Positions 10,072 through 21,660 of a DNA stretch of 64,000 nt are shown here, piece after piece. A model generated the notes under the pieces. The model was not told the DNA's origin. It saw only the letters and a list, made by a program, of their open reading frames with translations, and did no database searches. The position numbers were made by a program, and so were the translations under genes. Location: contig JBEIOV010000004.1 in NCBI GenBank assembly GCA_040377375.1, positions 66,249-130,248 on the forward strand. Direction: 5' to 3'. The stretch's first letter is position 1. Every line of letters begins with the position of its first letter. This DNA comes from Hylemonella sp. GTDB taxonomy: Bacteria; Pseudomonadota; Gammaproteobacteria; Burkholderiales; Burkholderiaceae_C.

Positions 10072-10971
10072 TTACTTCTTGGAGGGCGTCGCGGTGGTGC
10101 TGCCACGGAACACCTTGAAGAACTCCGAGGAAGAGGGGTCGAGCACCATCACATCGCCCTTTTTGCTAAAGCTGGCCTTGTAGGCTTCCAGGCTGCGGTA
10201 AAACTGGGCAAACTGGGGATCCCGGCCAAACGCCTCGGCGTAAATGCGTGCTGCCTCGGCATCGCCCTCGCCCTTGATCTTCTGGGCGTCCCGGTAGGCG
10301 TTGGCGATCGTGATCTCGCGCTGCCGGTCGGCATCGGCCCGGATTTTCTCGCCCTCGGCCGCGCCGGTGGAGCGCAGCTCATTGGCCACCCGCTTGCGCT
10401 CGGCCTCCATGCGCCGGTACACCGACTCGGTGATGGCATCGACGTAATCGGCCCGCGTGATGCGGACATCGACCACGTCCACGCCCCAGGGCTTGGCGCC
10501 GCGCACCTTCTCCAGCACTTCGGCCTTGACATCCGCCGTCAGGGCCTCGCGCTTGAGCGACAGCAGTTCCTTGACCGTGCGCTTGTTGATCTCTTCCTGA
10601 AAGGCGTTGCGCACCACGCGATTGAGCTGGCTGGCGCCCGCCGACTCATCCAGCCCCACGTTGCGGATGTACGCCAGCGGGTCCGTCACCCGCCAGCGCA
10701 CGTACCAGTCGATCACGACACGCTGTTTTTCGGCCGTCAACATGGGTTCCGTATCGGTGCTGTCCAGTGTCAAAAGACGCTTGTCGATGTAGCTCACATT
10801 CTGGAACGGCGGCGGCAGCTTGAAATTCAAACCGGGTTCGGTGATGACGTCCTTGATCTGTCCAAGAGCATACACCACGCCAAACTGCCGCTGATCCACG
10901 ACAAACAGCATGGAGCTCGCCAGCGCCAGCAGCACCAGCAGCGAAGAAAAAATAAAACCAAGCCTGTTCAT
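10072..10971 (-). CDS. hflC: Protease modulator HflC (SPFH/band-7)
   Basis: 299 aa with an N-terminal TM helix and an SPFH domain. It follows hflK. Confidence 0.95.
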   Translation of the reverse strand: MNRLGFIFSSLLVLLALASSMLFVVDQRQFGVVYALGQIKDVITEPGLNFKLPPPFQNVSYIDKRLLTLDSTDTEPMLTAEKQRVVIDWYVRWRVTDPLAYIRNVGLDESAGASQLNRVVRNAFQEEINKRTVKELLSLKREALTADVKAEVLEKVRGAKPWGVDVVDVRITRADYVDAITESVYRRMEAERKRVANELRSTGAAEGEKIRADADRQREITIANAYRDAQKIKGEGDAEAARIYAEAFGRDPQFAQFYRSLEAYKASFSKKGDVMVLDPSSSEFFKVFRGSTTATPSKK

Positions 10972-10980
10972 TCCGGGCTC

Positions 10981-12318
10981 CTAACGTGAATCGCGATCAC
11001 GCGTGCGGGCATCCCGGGCGCGTGAATCATTTGGCAGGGCAGCCGGAGCTGCCGGAGTGGCTGGTGTTGCAGCGGCGGGCGGGGCGCCGGCCTCCGCGGC
11101 ACCGGTCGCGCTCATTTGCATGATCTTGTCCAGCGGCAAATACAGCAGGTTGGAGCCCTGGCGCGAATCGACCAGCACCTTGGTGACGTTGCCGTAGATT
11201 TGCTGCATCGACTCCAGGTACAGGCGGTCGCGCGTCACCTGCGGCGCCTTCTGGTATTCGGTCAGAACGGACCGGAAACGCTGGCCATCACCCTGCGCCT
11301 GCGCCACGATGCGCGCCTTGTAGCCCTGCGCCTCTTCCTTCAGGCGCGAGGCCGAGCCAATGGCCCGGGGAATCACATCGTTGGCGTAGGCTTGCGCCTC
11401 GTTCTTCGCGCGTTCGCGCTCCTGCCCGGCCTTGAGCACATCGTCAAACGCGGCCTGCACCTGCTCCGGCGGGCGCACGCCGCCCTGCTGGAGATTGATG
11501 CCGACCACTTCAATGCCGACCTTGTAACGGTCAAGAATGTTTTGCATTAGCGCGCGCACCCGCGGCGCGATCTGATCGCGCTCTTCGGACAGCGCCGAAT
11601 CCATGCGCATCTTGCCGACCACTTCCCGGACCGCGGTCTCGGCCGCCTGCACCACGGCTTCAGCGGGATTTTTGCTTTCGAACAGGAAGGCCCGTGCATC
11701 GTTGAGCCGATACTGCACAGCAAACTTGATCTCGACAATGTTCTCATCCTCGGTCAGCATCGCCGACTCGCGCAAACCGGTCGCCTTGATCACCGTGTCG
11801 CGCCCCACGTCCACGGAGCGGATCTGCGTCACGAAGATCAGCTCATGGCGCTGGATGGGATAAGGCAACCGCCAGTTGAAACCAGCGCCCACCGTGGACT
11901 TGTACTTGCCAAACTGGGTAATGACGGCCTGCTGGCCTTCCTGGACAATGAAAAATCCGGTCCCCAGCCAGATCAGCACGACCACCGCGGCGATCAGGCC
12001 GATGCCGATGCCGGCGTTCTTCAGGTCGGGCTGAAAGCCCCCGCCCTTGCCATTGCCGCCGCCCAGGCCGCCAGGTCCGTTGCCGCGGCCCGTGTTCCTG
12101 GCGCCACCAAACAGGCTCCCCAGTTTGCGGTTGAAGTCGCGCCAGAGCTCATCCAGATCCGGCGGCCCCTGATTGGGTCCCCGGCCCGGTCCCCGGCCGT
12201 TGCCATTCGGAGGCGGCGGAACTGGCGCATCGCCTTCCGGCCGGGATGGCTCGGGCTTGCTGGCGTCCGCGGGCTTGTCGTCCCCACGTCCCCATCGGGG
12301 ATCATTCAGATTGAACAT
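10981..12318 (-). CDS. hflK: Protease modulator HflK (SPFH/band-7)
   Basis: ORF 10981..12375 trimmed to the ATG at 12318 (MFNLNDPRWG...), which is preceded by AGGGG. It has a Gly/Pro-rich N-terminus with GPPDLDELWRDFNRKL, a TM helix and an SPFH domain. Confidence 0.9.
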   Translation of the reverse strand: MFNLNDPRWGRGDDKPADASKPEPSRPEGDAPVPPPPNGNGRGPGRGPNQGPPDLDELWRDFNRKLGSLFGGARNTGRGNGPGGLGGGNGKGGGFQPDLKNAGIGIGLIAAVVVLIWLGTGFFIVQEGQQAVITQFGKYKSTVGAGFNWRLPYPIQRHELIFVTQIRSVDVGRDTVIKATGLRESAMLTEDENIVEIKFAVQYRLNDARAFLFESKNPAEAVVQAAETAVREVVGKMRMDSALSEERDQIAPRVRALMQNILDRYKVGIEVVGINLQQGGVRPPEQVQAAFDDVLKAGQERERAKNEAQAYANDVIPRAIGSASRLKEEAQGYKARIVAQAQGDGQRFRSVLTEYQKAPQVTRDRLYLESMQQIYGNVTKVLVDSRQGSNLLYLPLDKIMQMSATGAAEAGAPPAAATPATPAAPAALPNDSRARDARTRDRDSR

Positions 12319-12414
12319 GCCCCTGATTCGGCCCGACAAGGCAGTCCAGCCCAAGGCTCGTGATTGAAGTTTCATCGCATCTTCTCTTGTGTATCGTTAC
12401 CGGATTGTGCCCAA

Positions 12415-13590
12415 TCAGGGAGCAGCCTCATGAATCTCAAGGGAATGATCCTCAACCCCTGCATCGGCCGGCATGCTGGCACTGACCCTGCGTGCCAGCA
12501 GCTGTCGCAATGCCTGGAGCCCCTCACCCTGCCTGGCACTGACGAACAGGCGCGGCGTTGGAACGCCATTCAGATCAAACACGTCCTCGAGTTGCAGCGG
12601 CCAATGCTCTTTTTCAAGAGCATCCAGTTTATTAAACACCAACACTTGTGGAATGTCGGCCGCACCGATCTCGCCAAGCACGCGCTGGACCTCGGCGATC
12701 TGCTCCGGGTAGTTCGGATTGGCGGCATCCACCACATGCAGCAGCAAGTCGGCGTCCACCGCCTCCTGCAAGGTGGCCTGAAAGGCGTCAATCAGCCCGT
12801 GCGGCAAATCCCTGATGAAACCCACCGTATCGGACAGCGAGACCGAACGGCCCGCCTCGCCAAGGTAAAGCTGGCGCGTTGTCGTGTCCAGCGTGGCAAA
12901 CAACTGGTCGGCGGCATACGCCCGGGCTTTGACCAGGGCATTGAACAGCGTGGATTTGCCGGCATTGGTATAACCGACCAGGGAGATGTTGAAGGCATCA
13001 CGGCGCTCTCTTTGCCGTCGCTGGGTCTGCCGCTGGCGCTTGACTTTCGTCAAGCGCTCCTTGGTCCGCTTGATGGCCTCATTGATCATGCGGCGGTCCA
13101 GCTCGATCTGCTTTTCACCCGGGCCGCCGCGCAGCCCCGCGCCGCCGGTCTGGCGCTCCAGGTGGGACCAGCGTCGCACCAGCCGGGTGCTGACGTATTG
13201 CAGACGCGCCAGTTCAACTTGCAGTTTGCCCTCATGGCTACGGGCCCGCTGGGCGAATATCTCCAGAATCAGCAGCGTCCTGTCATTGACGGGCAAGCCG
13301 AGATGGCGCTCAAGATTGCGCTGTTGGGCCGGGCTCAGGCTTTGATCGAAGAGCACCTCAGTCGCGCCATGCTGGGCCGCGAGAAGCTTGATTTCATCGG
13401 CTTTTCCGCTACCCACGAACAAGGCCGCGTCCGGCGCCTTGCGTTTGCACGTGATGCGCGCAACCGGCGTCAGGCCTGCCGTTTCGGCCAGCAAGCCCAG
13501 CTCTTCCAGTTCACCGTCAAAATGAGGCAAGCCGAAATCAACCCCGACCAGTATGGTTGGCGCAGATGGACGATCAGGCAAAGCGGTCAA
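12415..13590 (-). CDS. hflX: GTPase HflX
   Basis: It has G1 GYTNAGKST, G3 DTVGF and G4 NKLD. The start is TTG, the furthest upstream in-frame start. It lies downstream of hfq. Confidence 0.9.
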   Translation of the reverse strand: MTALPDRPSAPTILVGVDFGLPHFDGELEELGLLAETAGLTPVARITCKRKAPDAALFVGSGKADEIKLLAAQHGATEVLFDQSLSPAQQRNLERHLGLPVNDRTLLILEIFAQRARSHEGKLQVELARLQYVSTRLVRRWSHLERQTGGAGLRGGPGEKQIELDRRMINEAIKRTKERLTKVKRQRQTQRRQRERRDAFNISLVGYTNAGKSTLFNALVKARAYAADQLFATLDTTTRQLYLGEAGRSVSLSDTVGFIRDLPHGLIDAFQATLQEAVDADLLLHVVDAANPNYPEQIAEVQRVLGEIGAADIPQVLVFNKLDALEKEHWPLQLEDVFDLNGVPTPRLFVSARQGEGLQALRQLLARRVSASMPADAGVEDHSLEIHEAAP

Positions 13591-13656
13591 GTGGAAGGCC
13601 GAATGAAAGGGTTTTCAGGGTCCACCATGCAGGCGAATGCGCCCGGCACCCGCAGC

Positions 13657-13902
13657 TCAAGCTGCGTCGGGTTCGCCCTCGGGCGCCGGCAGGTTCACCG
13701 CGCGCCCTGGCACGATGGTGGAGATCGCGTGTTTGTAGACCATTTGCGTCACCGTATTGCGCAGCAAGACGACATACTGGTCAAACGATTCGATCTGGCC
13801 CTGCAATTTGATTCCATTGACAAGGTAGATCGAGACTGGGACATGCTCACGACGCAATGCGTTGAGAAATGGGTCCTGAAGTAACTGCCCTTTGTTGCTC
13901 AC
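13657..13902 (-). CDS. hfq: RNA chaperone Hfq
   Basis: Sm motifs [25 protein letters not shown] and YKHAIST. ORF 13657..13920 was trimmed to the GTG at 13902, which is preceded by GGAGA at 7-nt spacing and gives [12 protein letters not shown]... Confidence 0.95.
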   Translation of the reverse strand: MSNKGQLLQDPFLNALRREHVPVSIYLVNGIKLQGQIESFDQYVVLLRNTVTQMVYKHAISTIVPGRAVNLPAPEGEPDAA

Positions 13903-14021
13903 GATATTCTCCGTGTTCAAAAATTATTATTGAAGTCGCCACCTTACCACAGCAGCGCGCCCGGCGAATGATGGAATGTGCAATCCCACAATAAGGCTGC
14001 TGAAAATCCAGGACTCAGGCG

Positions 14022-15365
14022 TCAGTCCTGATCCTTGTCGGCATAAGGATTGCGGGAAGTCTTCATTTCGATACGCATCGGCGTTCCCACCAGGTCAAAC
14101 TCCTTGCGAAAACGCCCCTCCAGATAACGCTTGTAGGCGTCGGTGACGTGTTCCAGCGAATTGCCATGGATGATGATCACCGGGGGATTCATGCCGCCCT
14201 GGTGCGCGTAGCGCATCTTGGGCCGGAACATGCCTGAACGCTTGGGACTCTGGAACTGGACCGCCTCCAGCAGCAGGCGCGTCAGGATCGGGGTGGACAT
14301 CTTGCAGTTCGCCGCCTTGTGCGCCTGGACGATGGAAGCCCACAGTGGCCCGAGGCCCTGGCGTTTCTGGGCCGAAATGAAATGCAGCTTCGCGAACTTG
14401 AGAAAGGCCAGGCGGGTTTCGATGGAGCGTTGCACGAGCTCGCGCTGGTAGTCGTCCACGGCATCCCATTTGTTGACCGCCAGCACGACGGAACGCCCGG
14501 ACTCAAGAATGTAGCCCGCAATGTGGGCATCCTGATCCGTCACCCCTTGTGTGGCGTCCAGCAGCAGCAGGACCACATTGGCCGACTCGATGGCCTGTAG
14601 GGTCTTGACCACGGAAAATTTCTCGATGGCCTCGAAAACCTTGCCCTTGCGACGCAGCCCGGCGGTATCGATCAGCTCGAAGCGCTGGCCGTTGCGCTCA
14701 AACGGCACCCGGATGGCATCGCGCGTCGTGCCCGGGAGGTCGAACGCCACCAGGCGCTCCTCGCCAAGCCAGGTGTTGATGAGGGTGGATTTCCCCACAT
14801 TGGGACGACCGGCCACCGCCAGCTTGATGACGCCGGGGTCGCCCTCCTCCTGTGTCTCGTCCGGATCCGGCAGATTCAGCGGCTCCAGCGCCAATTCCAC
14901 CAGCGAGCGGATGCCCTGTCCATGGGCCGCCGAGATGGGGTTGACCGCCCCCAGCCCGAGCTCGAAAAACTCGCCGAGCTGCAGGCCTTCCTGCATGCCC
15001 TCGGCCTTGTTGGCCGCCAGTACACAGGGCTTGCCAAGACGGCGCAGGTATTTGGCGATCTCATGATCCTGCGAGGACGGTCCCTGCCGGGCATCGACCA
15101 CGAAGATGACCACATCAGCCTCGGCCACGGCCTGGCGTGTCTGCTTGGCCATTTCCTTGTAGATGCCGCTGCCGGCATCCGGCTCGAATCCGCCTGTATC
15201 AATGACAATGTATTCGTGCTTGCCCTGCTTGCCGTTGCCGTAATGACGGTCGCGCGTGAGCCCGGCGAAGTCCGCAACAATGGCATCGCGCGACTTGGTC
15301 AGGCGATTGAACAGCGTCGATTTGCCAACGTTGGGACGGCCGACCAGGGCCAAAACAGGTTTCAT
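14022..15365 (-). CDS. der: Ribosome-associated GTPase Der (EngA)
   Basis: It has two G domains (GRPNVGKST twice; NKAEG and NKWD) and a C-terminal KH-like domain. Confidence 0.95.
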   Translation of the reverse strand: MKPVLALVGRPNVGKSTLFNRLTKSRDAIVADFAGLTRDRHYGNGKQGKHEYIVIDTGGFEPDAGSGIYKEMAKQTRQAVAEADVVIFVVDARQGPSSQDHEIAKYLRRLGKPCVLAANKAEGMQEGLQLGEFFELGLGAVNPISAAHGQGIRSLVELALEPLNLPDPDETQEEGDPGVIKLAVAGRPNVGKSTLINTWLGEERLVAFDLPGTTRDAIRVPFERNGQRFELIDTAGLRRKGKVFEAIEKFSVVKTLQAIESANVVLLLLDATQGVTDQDAHIAGYILESGRSVVLAVNKWDAVDDYQRELVQRSIETRLAFLKFAKLHFISAQKRQGLGPLWASIVQAHKAANCKMSTPILTRLLLEAVQFQSPKRSGMFRPKMRYAHQGGMNPPVIIIHGNSLEHVTDAYKRYLEGRFRKEFDLVGTPMRIEMKTSRNPYADKDQD

Positions 15366-15383
15366 GGATTGGAGCCCAATGTT

Positions 15384-16526
15384 TTACTCGGGCTTGAAGC
15401 CAAAAATCCCGCCACTGCGGGTAACGACCACCAGGGTGTCGCCGGCCAGCACAGGGGCAGCAGCAATGGCTGTTCCATCCGTTGACAGCCGGGTCAGCGG
15501 CGAACCATCCTCCCGCGACAGCAAATGCACCAGTCCGCTGCCGTCACCCACGGCAACAGCACGGCCCACAGCCAACGGCGCCGTCAAACCCCGGTAGCGC
15601 AGACGCTCGGACGACCAGGCGCGTTCACCGTCCGCGCGCCGCCATGCCACGATCATCCCGTCACTCTCGGTACCGAATACAAAGCGCTCATCTCCACTCA
15701 CGCCCTCGGAACCGGAGGCGGGCTTGCTCCACAAAACCGTTCCGCGCGCTGCATTGACACAACCCACGGCGGCCTGAAAAGCGCGGGCGCAGACCACATC
15801 GCCCTCGCGGCTGACATGCGCCACCAGATCCACCAGTCGCTCCACCTCATTGGTACCGCGTGGAATGGCAATGGGAGCGTCCCAGCGAATGCTTCCATTG
15901 AGCGGATTCATGCCGACAAGCCGTCCGGAGAGGCCGACAACCAGCGTATCGCCCACTGCCAGCATGACACCCGCCTGGCGCAGCACCAGGGGCTCGCCCG
16001 GACGCTGTTGACTCCAGAGCCTGCGCCCGGACTGGATATCAAATGCGGTCACCGCGCGATCGGCAGCAAGCACAAAGACACGCCCCCCCGCCACCAGTGG
16101 CGCGGTAAAACCCTGAGCCCCAAGCTTTTGACGCCACAACTCGCGCCCGGCATCCAGCACAACCAGCTCATTGTTGCGGGTCAGCACGGCCGCAAACCGG
16201 CCATCACTCCCGACACCGGCAGCCAGCGGGGCGCCGACAGAGGCGCGCCAGATGTCGCCCCCCGTGCGCGCGTCAATCGACCCCACCGTGCCGTCAGAAC
16301 CGGCGATGGCAATCGTCTGCCCCGTCACCTTGACGTCCAGCGGAAAGCCGATCTCCCCGATTTTGGCGCTCCACGCCAGTCGAACGCCCATCAGCGCGGC
16401 ATTGGGCGTCAATTCCGCCGGTTTTGGTTTATCGGATCCACTGGCGCAGCCAAACAAAAAAGCCCCTAAAGCAGTGGCCAGCACCAGCTTGACCACGGCA
16501 GGCACAGGAAAAGGATTCAAACTCAC
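15384..16526 (-). CDS. bamB: Outer membrane protein assembly factor BamB
   Basis: It has the lipobox LFGC and PQQ-like beta-propeller repeats. Its GTG start overlaps the upstream stop (GTGA). Confidence 0.9.
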   Translation of the reverse strand: MSLNPFPVPAVVKLVLATALGAFLFGCASGSDKPKPAELTPNAALMGVRLAWSAKIGEIGFPLDVKVTGQTIAIAGSDGTVGSIDARTGGDIWRASVGAPLAAGVGSDGRFAAVLTRNNELVVLDAGRELWRQKLGAQGFTAPLVAGGRVFVLAADRAVTAFDIQSGRRLWSQQRPGEPLVLRQAGVMLAVGDTLVVGLSGRLVGMNPLNGSIRWDAPIAIPRGTNEVERLVDLVAHVSREGDVVCARAFQAAVGCVNAARGTVLWSKPASGSEGVSGDERFVFGTESDGMIVAWRRADGERAWSSERLRYRGLTAPLAVGRAVAVGDGSGLVHLLSREDGSPLTRLSTDGTAIAAAPVLAGDTLVVVTRSGGIFGFKPE

Positions 16527-17254
16527 TTCTTGACCTCCATTGCAGCCGTATCCGCGGCCGGCGTTGCTCCACCGCCCGACGACTGTCCGGCGACGGACGC
16601 AGGCGCTTTGCCGCGGGGATCCAACCCCAGTCCGTTGAGCTTGACCTCTACCAGGCGCCGGTATTCGAGCCGGTCATCCAAACCCTTGTAGGCCTTCTCG
16701 TATTCAGCCACCGCCTCCGCTTTTTTACCCTGCAACAGGTAGGCGTCCCCCTTGCGATCTGCCACCAGCGCACTGAAGTCCGCCGGGAAAGGTGCTGACA
16801 ATTGTTTCAGCGCATCATCGTATGCCTTGGATTCGAGCATGATGCCTGCCAGTCGCAGGCGGGCAATTGCCTGATACCCCTCATCCGATGACTTCTCGGC
16901 CACCCAGCCCAGAGCGGATTTGGCAGCGTCGGTTTTGCCGGCTTCGTAATACACCTTGGCGGCCAGCAGGCCGGCCTGCTGTGCATACGTCGTGGAAGGG
17001 AATTTCTCCTTCATGTCGGCAAATGCACGATCAAGCCGGGCGATCTCGCCCGAGCTCACCGCAAGTTCTATTTGCTCATACATGGCAGCGGCCTGAGTTG
17101 CCTGATTGCGTTGCCAGTATTGATAAAAATTCCAGCCTGCGATCGCACCGAGCACCAGAATCAGTGCCCAAGTCATCAGGTTGCCGTATTGCCGCCAGAA
17201 ATGCTTGAGCTGGTCAAGCTGTTCCTGTTCTTCAAGATCGAGATGATTTGCCAT
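16523..17254 (-). CDS. YfgM-like membrane-anchored TPR protein
   Basis: ORF 16523..17266 trimmed to the ATG at 17254 (MANHLDLEEQEQLDQLKHFW...). It has one TM helix and TPR-like repeats, and it sits in the hisS-yfgM-bamB-der order. Confidence 0.8.
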   Translation of the reverse strand: MANHLDLEEQEQLDQLKHFWRQYGNLMTWALILVLGAIAGWNFYQYWQRNQATQAAAMYEQIELAVSSGEIARLDRAFADMKEKFPSTTYAQQAGLLAAKVYYEAGKTDAAKSALGWVAEKSSDEGYQAIARLRLAGIMLESKAYDDALKQLSAPFPADFSALVADRKGDAYLLQGKKAEAVAEYEKAYKGLDDRLEYRRLVEVKLNGLGLDPRGKAPASVAGQSSGGGATPAADTAAMEVKK

Positions 17255-17266
17255 GTGTATGTTCAA

Positions 17267-18580
17267 TTAAGTCCGCGATTGTAGGTGGGACGCCCAGTCG
17301 GTCGGCTGCGCCAGGGAGCACGTCGTCTGCGTGCCGCTGCCATCGCGCAGGGATTTGACAGTCACCAGATTCTGTGCGAGCTCGTCCGGACCAAAAATCA
17401 GGGCATAACCGGCCCCGCTGGCATCAGCCCGCTTGAACTGGGATTTCATGCTGCCCATGCTGTCGCCCGATCCCGCATGCATCTGCACGCTGACGCCTGC
17501 CGCCCGCAAGGTTTGCAGGCACTTCATGGCCGCAGGCAAGGCAGCGGCATCCGGCACGATGGCATAAGCATCCAGTTGCGGCGCGGGCTTGTCCATGCCC
17601 TGCTCCTTGAGCAGCTCCAGCACGCGCTCCACACCCAGTGCCCAGCCAACGGCCGGCGCAGGCTTGCCACCAATTTGCTCGATCAGGTAATCGTAGCGGC
17701 CACCGCCGCAGATCGTGCCTTGCGAACCCAGCCGCGTGGTGATGAATTCGAACACGGTAAGGTTGTAGTAATCCATGCCGCGCACCAAGCGCGGATTGAT
17801 GCTGTAAGCCATCCCATTGGCATCCAGAATAGCCCGCACACGGTTGAAGTGTGCCTGTGACGCCTCTCCCAGAAAATCCATCAGTTTGGGAGCGGCCTCC
17901 ACCATCTCCTGCATGGCCGGGTTCTTGGTGTCCAGAATGCGCAGCGGGTTGAGATGCAGGCGACGGCGGGCATCCTCGTCCAGCTGGTCGGCATGCCTCT
18001 CGAAATGGGCAATCAGGGCTGTCCGATGCAGCTTGCGTTCTTCCGGCTGGCCCAGGCTGTTGAGTTCAAGCCGGACATCCGTCAGGCCCAGCACTTTCCA
18101 CAGGGCGTGCGCCAGCAGGATCAGCTCGGCATCCACTTCCGCACCGGCAAAGCCAAGCGCCTCTGCCCCGATCTGGTGGAATTGCCGGTAGCGTCCCCGT
18201 TGCGGCCGCTCGTGACGGAACATCGCGCCCATGTAATACAGGCGCTTGCCGCCGTCATAGAGCATGGAATGCTCGACCACTGCGCGCACCACGCCAGCGG
18301 TATTCTCGGGCCGCAGGGTCAGGAGCTCTCCGTTGAGCCGGTCTTCAAAAGAGTACATCTCCTTCTCGACAATGTCCGTCACTTCGCCCAGGCTTCGGAT
18401 GAACAGGGGCGTATGCTCGACCAGCGGGGTACGGATATTGCCGTACGCATAGCGCGCCATCAGGGAACGGACCTGTTCTTCCAGCCACTCCCAGCGGGCC
18501 GAATCCGGCGGAAGGATGTCATTCATGCCCTTGACGGCAGCCAGCTTCTCTGCCTTCGCGGCAATCGTTTTCTCAGTCAT
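17267..18580 (-). CDS. hisS: Histidine--tRNA ligase
   Basis: Class II aaRS motifs, including [19 protein letters not shown] 17267..18592 (TTG start) was trimmed to the ATG at 18580. Confidence 0.95.
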   Translation of the reverse strand: MTEKTIAAKAEKLAAVKGMNDILPPDSARWEWLEEQVRSLMARYAYGNIRTPLVEHTPLFIRSLGEVTDIVEKEMYSFEDRLNGELLTLRPENTAGVVRAVVEHSMLYDGGKRLYYMGAMFRHERPQRGRYRQFHQIGAEALGFAGAEVDAELILLAHALWKVLGLTDVRLELNSLGQPEERKLHRTALIAHFERHADQLDEDARRRLHLNPLRILDTKNPAMQEMVEAAPKLMDFLGEASQAHFNRVRAILDANGMAYSINPRLVRGMDYYNLTVFEFITTRLGSQGTICGGGRYDYLIEQIGGKPAPAVGWALGVERVLELLKEQGMDKPAPQLDAYAIVPDAAALPAAMKCLQTLRAAGVSVQMHAGSGDSMGSMKSQFKRADASGAGYALIFGPDELAQNLVTVKSLRDGSGTQTTCSLAQPTDWASHLQSRT

Positions 18581-18588
18581 GAATCTGC

Positions 18589-19863
18589 TCAAGCCGTTTC
18601 AGGCACCAGCGTGGTTCCGAAGCGGTTCTCAATATAGGTCTCTACAACTTTCTGGAAGTCCTGCGCAATCGAGTCGCCCCGCAGGGTCATGCGCTTTTCT
18701 CCATCAATGAACACGGGCGCAGCCGGCGCCTCGCCGGTGCCGGGAAGGCTGATGCCGATGTCGGCATGCTTGCTTTCTCCGGGGCCATTGACGATACAAC
18801 CCATCACCGCCACCCTGAGGGTTTCGACACCCGGGTACTGCTTGCGCCAGACCGGCATTTGCGCCCTCAGGAAATCATCAATCTGCTTGGCGAGTTCCTG
18901 GAAGGTGGTGCTGGTCGTGCGGCCGCATCCGGGACACGCCGTGACGCTCGGAACAAAAGTCCTCAAGCCCAGCGCCTGGAGAATCTCGGAAGCGATGACG
19001 ACCTCCTGCGTGCGGGCCTCGCCGGGCTGCGGCGTCAGCGAGACCCGGATCGTGTCGCCGATGCCTTCCTGCAGCAGAATGGACAGCGCCGCGGCAGAAG
19101 CGACGGTGCCCTTGGTTCCCATGCCGGCTTCGGTGAGCCCCAGATGCAAGGGGTAATCACACCGCTGGGCAAGCTCCCGGTAAACAGAAATCAGATCCTG
19201 CACGCCACTGACCTTGCATGAGAGGATGATCTGGTTGCCATCCATCCCCATTTCTTCGGCCCGGCGAGCAGAATCCATCGCCGATGTCACCAGCGCTTCA
19301 TACATGACCGGCTTGGCGTCCCAAGGCTCTGCGCGGCGGCTGTTTTCATCCATCAGGCTGGCGAGCAGCTCCTGATCCAGGCTGCCCCAGTTCACGCCAA
19401 TGCGGACCGGCTTGTTCCAGCGCATGGCCACTTCGATCATTTGTCCAAATTGCCGGTCACGCTTGTCGCCCTTGCCCACATTGCCGGGGTTGATGCGGTA
19501 CTTCGACAAGGCTTCGGCACAGGCCGGATAGGCGGTTAGCAAGGTGTGGCCGTTGTAATGGAAGTCGCCGATCAGGGGCACATCCACCCCCATGCGGTCG
19601 AGCTGCTCCCGGATATGCGGCACAGCCTGCGCGGCTTCTGGCGTATTGACGGTGATGCGGACCATCTCGGATCCGGCCAGGGCCAGCTCCTTGACCTGGA
19701 TGGCCGTGCCGATCGTGTCCACTGTGTCGGTATTGGTCATCGACTGGACACGGACCGGCGCATCGCCACCGACCGTGACCACGCGCGTCCCCCAACTCAC
19801 CCGCGCCTGCCGCGAGCGCCGCGCTTTCGGTGTCGCCCGATCAATGGGGTGGATATCCGTCAC
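18589..19863 (-). CDS. ispG: 4-hydroxy-3-methylbut-2-enyl diphosphate synthase
   Basis: GcpE family with Fe-S cysteines in CPGCGRT and GCIVNGPGE. Its GTG start overlaps the rodZ stop by 1 nt, with GAGG upstream. Confidence 0.95.
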   Translation of the reverse strand: MTDIHPIDRATPKARRSRQARVSWGTRVVTVGGDAPVRVQSMTNTDTVDTIGTAIQVKELALAGSEMVRITVNTPEAAQAVPHIREQLDRMGVDVPLIGDFHYNGHTLLTAYPACAEALSKYRINPGNVGKGDKRDRQFGQMIEVAMRWNKPVRIGVNWGSLDQELLASLMDENSRRAEPWDAKPVMYEALVTSAMDSARRAEEMGMDGNQIILSCKVSGVQDLISVYRELAQRCDYPLHLGLTEAGMGTKGTVASAAALSILLQEGIGDTIRVSLTPQPGEARTQEVVIASEILQALGLRTFVPSVTACPGCGRTTSTTFQELAKQIDDFLRAQMPVWRKQYPGVETLRVAVMGCIVNGPGESKHADIGISLPGTGEAPAAPVFIDGEKRMTLRGDSIAQDFQKVVETYIENRFGTTLVPETA

Positions 19864-20828
19864 TATTTCACCTCGAAGCGGGCGACATTGTCCTTGGCCA
19901 GCGGTGCCAGATCGAACGGTTTACCCCGCACTTGTACATCTGTGGCGTCCGCGCGCCCCACCGTCACGGAAAGCGGAAGAGCCCCCGATGCACCGACTGT
20001 CTCGCCAGCCTGCATCGTCCGGCGCAGCTGGACCACGCCGTTTGCGTCCGTGACTTCGACCCAGGAGGACGCACGTGTTTTGAGAACGACGACACCGGAC
20101 GTCGTGCCCGTCCCCGGCACTGGCGTCAGCGCGCGGGCATTGGCCGCCACCGCTGGCAGCGCAGCAGCACTTGCGGGCGTCTGGCTTGCCACGGCAACCA
20201 TCGGTGGAATGCGTGCTGCAGCCGCCACAGGCAGGGATGGCTTGCCAGCATCAGCAGGCAATGGACTGACGGTGACCGTGGCAGGGACTGGCGCTACCTG
20301 CTCCGGGACGGCCGACGCAACCGCAACAACTGGCACGGGCGCACTTGCCGGTTCGGAAGGACGCTCACTGACCACCTCGGTTTGCTCCATCGAGGGGAAA
20401 AAAATCAGAACCAGTGCCCCGACAAGAAGCGCCAACGCGGCCAGCACAACCGGCTTGGAGAGCTGATCCCAGACGGACAGGCTGGCCCCTTCGCCCGGTG
20501 CACGAAAAGGCGTATTGATGCCCAGCTCGTCAGGCTTGAGGCGCGGCGCGGTAGTCTGCGGCAACTTGTCGAGCACCGGAGCCGCATCAATCTTCAACGC
20601 CCGGCAGACACTGGATGCCAGTGCCCGGACGAACACCACATCATGCAGCAAATCCAAGCGGTCAGCCTCGAGAGCCTCGAGCTTTTTAACCGGCACCTTC
20701 ATAGAGACGGCCAGAGCAGCTATGTGCAATCCGGCGGCTTCACGGGCCTTGCGAAGCATCTCACCGGCGCTCATCGGCTTCGGAACGGCCATTTGCTCTT
20801 CTGCTGTTTGGGAAACGATCTCACTCAT
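19863..20828 (-). CDS. rodZ: Cytoskeleton protein RodZ-like (HTH, TM helix, Pro/Ala/Val-rich linker)
   Basis: ORF 19863..20978 trimmed to the ATG at 20828 ([11 protein letters not shown]...). It has the HTH segment [25 protein letters not shown] and the TM helix [18 protein letters not shown]. It overlaps the pilW end by 8 nt. Confidence 0.8.
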   Translation of the reverse strand: MSEIVSQTAEEQMAVPKPMSAGEMLRKAREAAGLHIAALAVSMKVPVKKLEALEADRLDLLHDVVFVRALASSVCRALKIDAAPVLDKLPQTTAPRLKPDELGINTPFRAPGEGASLSVWDQLSKPVVLAALALLVGALVLIFFPSMEQTEVVSERPSEPASAPVPVVAVASAVPEQVAPVPATVTVSPLPADAGKPSLPVAAAARIPPMVAVASQTPASAAALPAVAANARALTPVPGTGTTSGVVVLKTRASSWVEVTDANGVVQLRRTMQAGETVGASGALPLSVTVGRADATDVQVRGKPFDLAPLAKDNVARFEVK

Positions 20829-21657
20829 CAAAAGCACCCCGTTCATAAGCCGCAAGTTCCCGCGACTGCGGATATCGCTTCTTGAGCTGACTGGCCAGCT
20901 GCAGCATGGCATTGCGGTTTTCCATGCGTCGCTCCACCTTGATGCCAAGCCACAGAGACTCCGCATTGGCCAGCTCACTGTTGTTCAGGCGTCGCACATA
21001 AAACTGGGAACGCACGAATTCTCCGCGCTGGTAAAGCAGCAGGGCAAGGTTGTACCCGGTAACGGGGTTTTTCGCATCAAGTTCGTATGAACGCGACAGG
21101 CTAAGCTCTCCTTCTGCGCGCTGGCCAGCCCTGACTTGACATAAGCCTTGCGCCATCCATGTCTTGGCGCGTCCGCCATACAGCGGATCGGCCAGCGCCC
21201 GCGAAAAGAATTGCTGCGACTCGGTGTATTTGGCCTGTTGACACAACAGCCAGCCATAGTTGTGCATGGTATTGGCGTCCCGCGGATTAATCGCCATGGC
21301 TCGCCTGAAACTTTCTTCAGCCATCCGCAGGTCGTTCAGACGCATGTATATCAGTCCCCGAAGGTTATAGGCATCTGAAAAATTAGGATCTATCGCGATC
21401 GACTGTTTGAGCTCATCCAAAGCAACCGTGGTCTGCCCCTGTTCAAAATAGCCGACCGCCAACTCCAAACGGATGCGAGCCCGCTTTCTGGCTTCTGGCT
21501 CATCCGATTCCGTCACGATATCTGCCCCTACTCCTCCCGGGCCCACTGCATCTGGATTCGACACACAGCCTGAAATGCCACTCAAGCCTCCCATGGCAAG
21601 GCATGTGCAGAAAAGCCATCGCCGGACGCACAACCAGTCTGTTATTGTCTTTTGCAT
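20821..21657 (-). CDS. pilW: Type IV pilus biogenesis/stability TPR lipoprotein (PilW/PilF-like)
   Basis: It has the lipobox LSGISGC and multiple TPR repeats. It lies between rlmN and rodZ, as is typical in beta/gammaproteobacteria. Confidence 0.8.
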   Translation of the reverse strand: MQKTITDWLCVRRWLFCTCLAMGGLSGISGCVSNPDAVGPGGVGADIVTESDEPEARKRARIRLELAVGYFEQGQTTVALDELKQSIAIDPNFSDAYNLRGLIYMRLNDLRMAEESFRRAMAINPRDANTMHNYGWLLCQQAKYTESQQFFSRALADPLYGGRAKTWMAQGLCQVRAGQRAEGELSLSRSYELDAKNPVTGYNLALLLYQRGEFVRSQFYVRRLNNSELANAESLWLGIKVERRMENRNAMLQLASQLKKRYPQSRELAAYERGAFDE

Positions 21658-21660
21658 GCC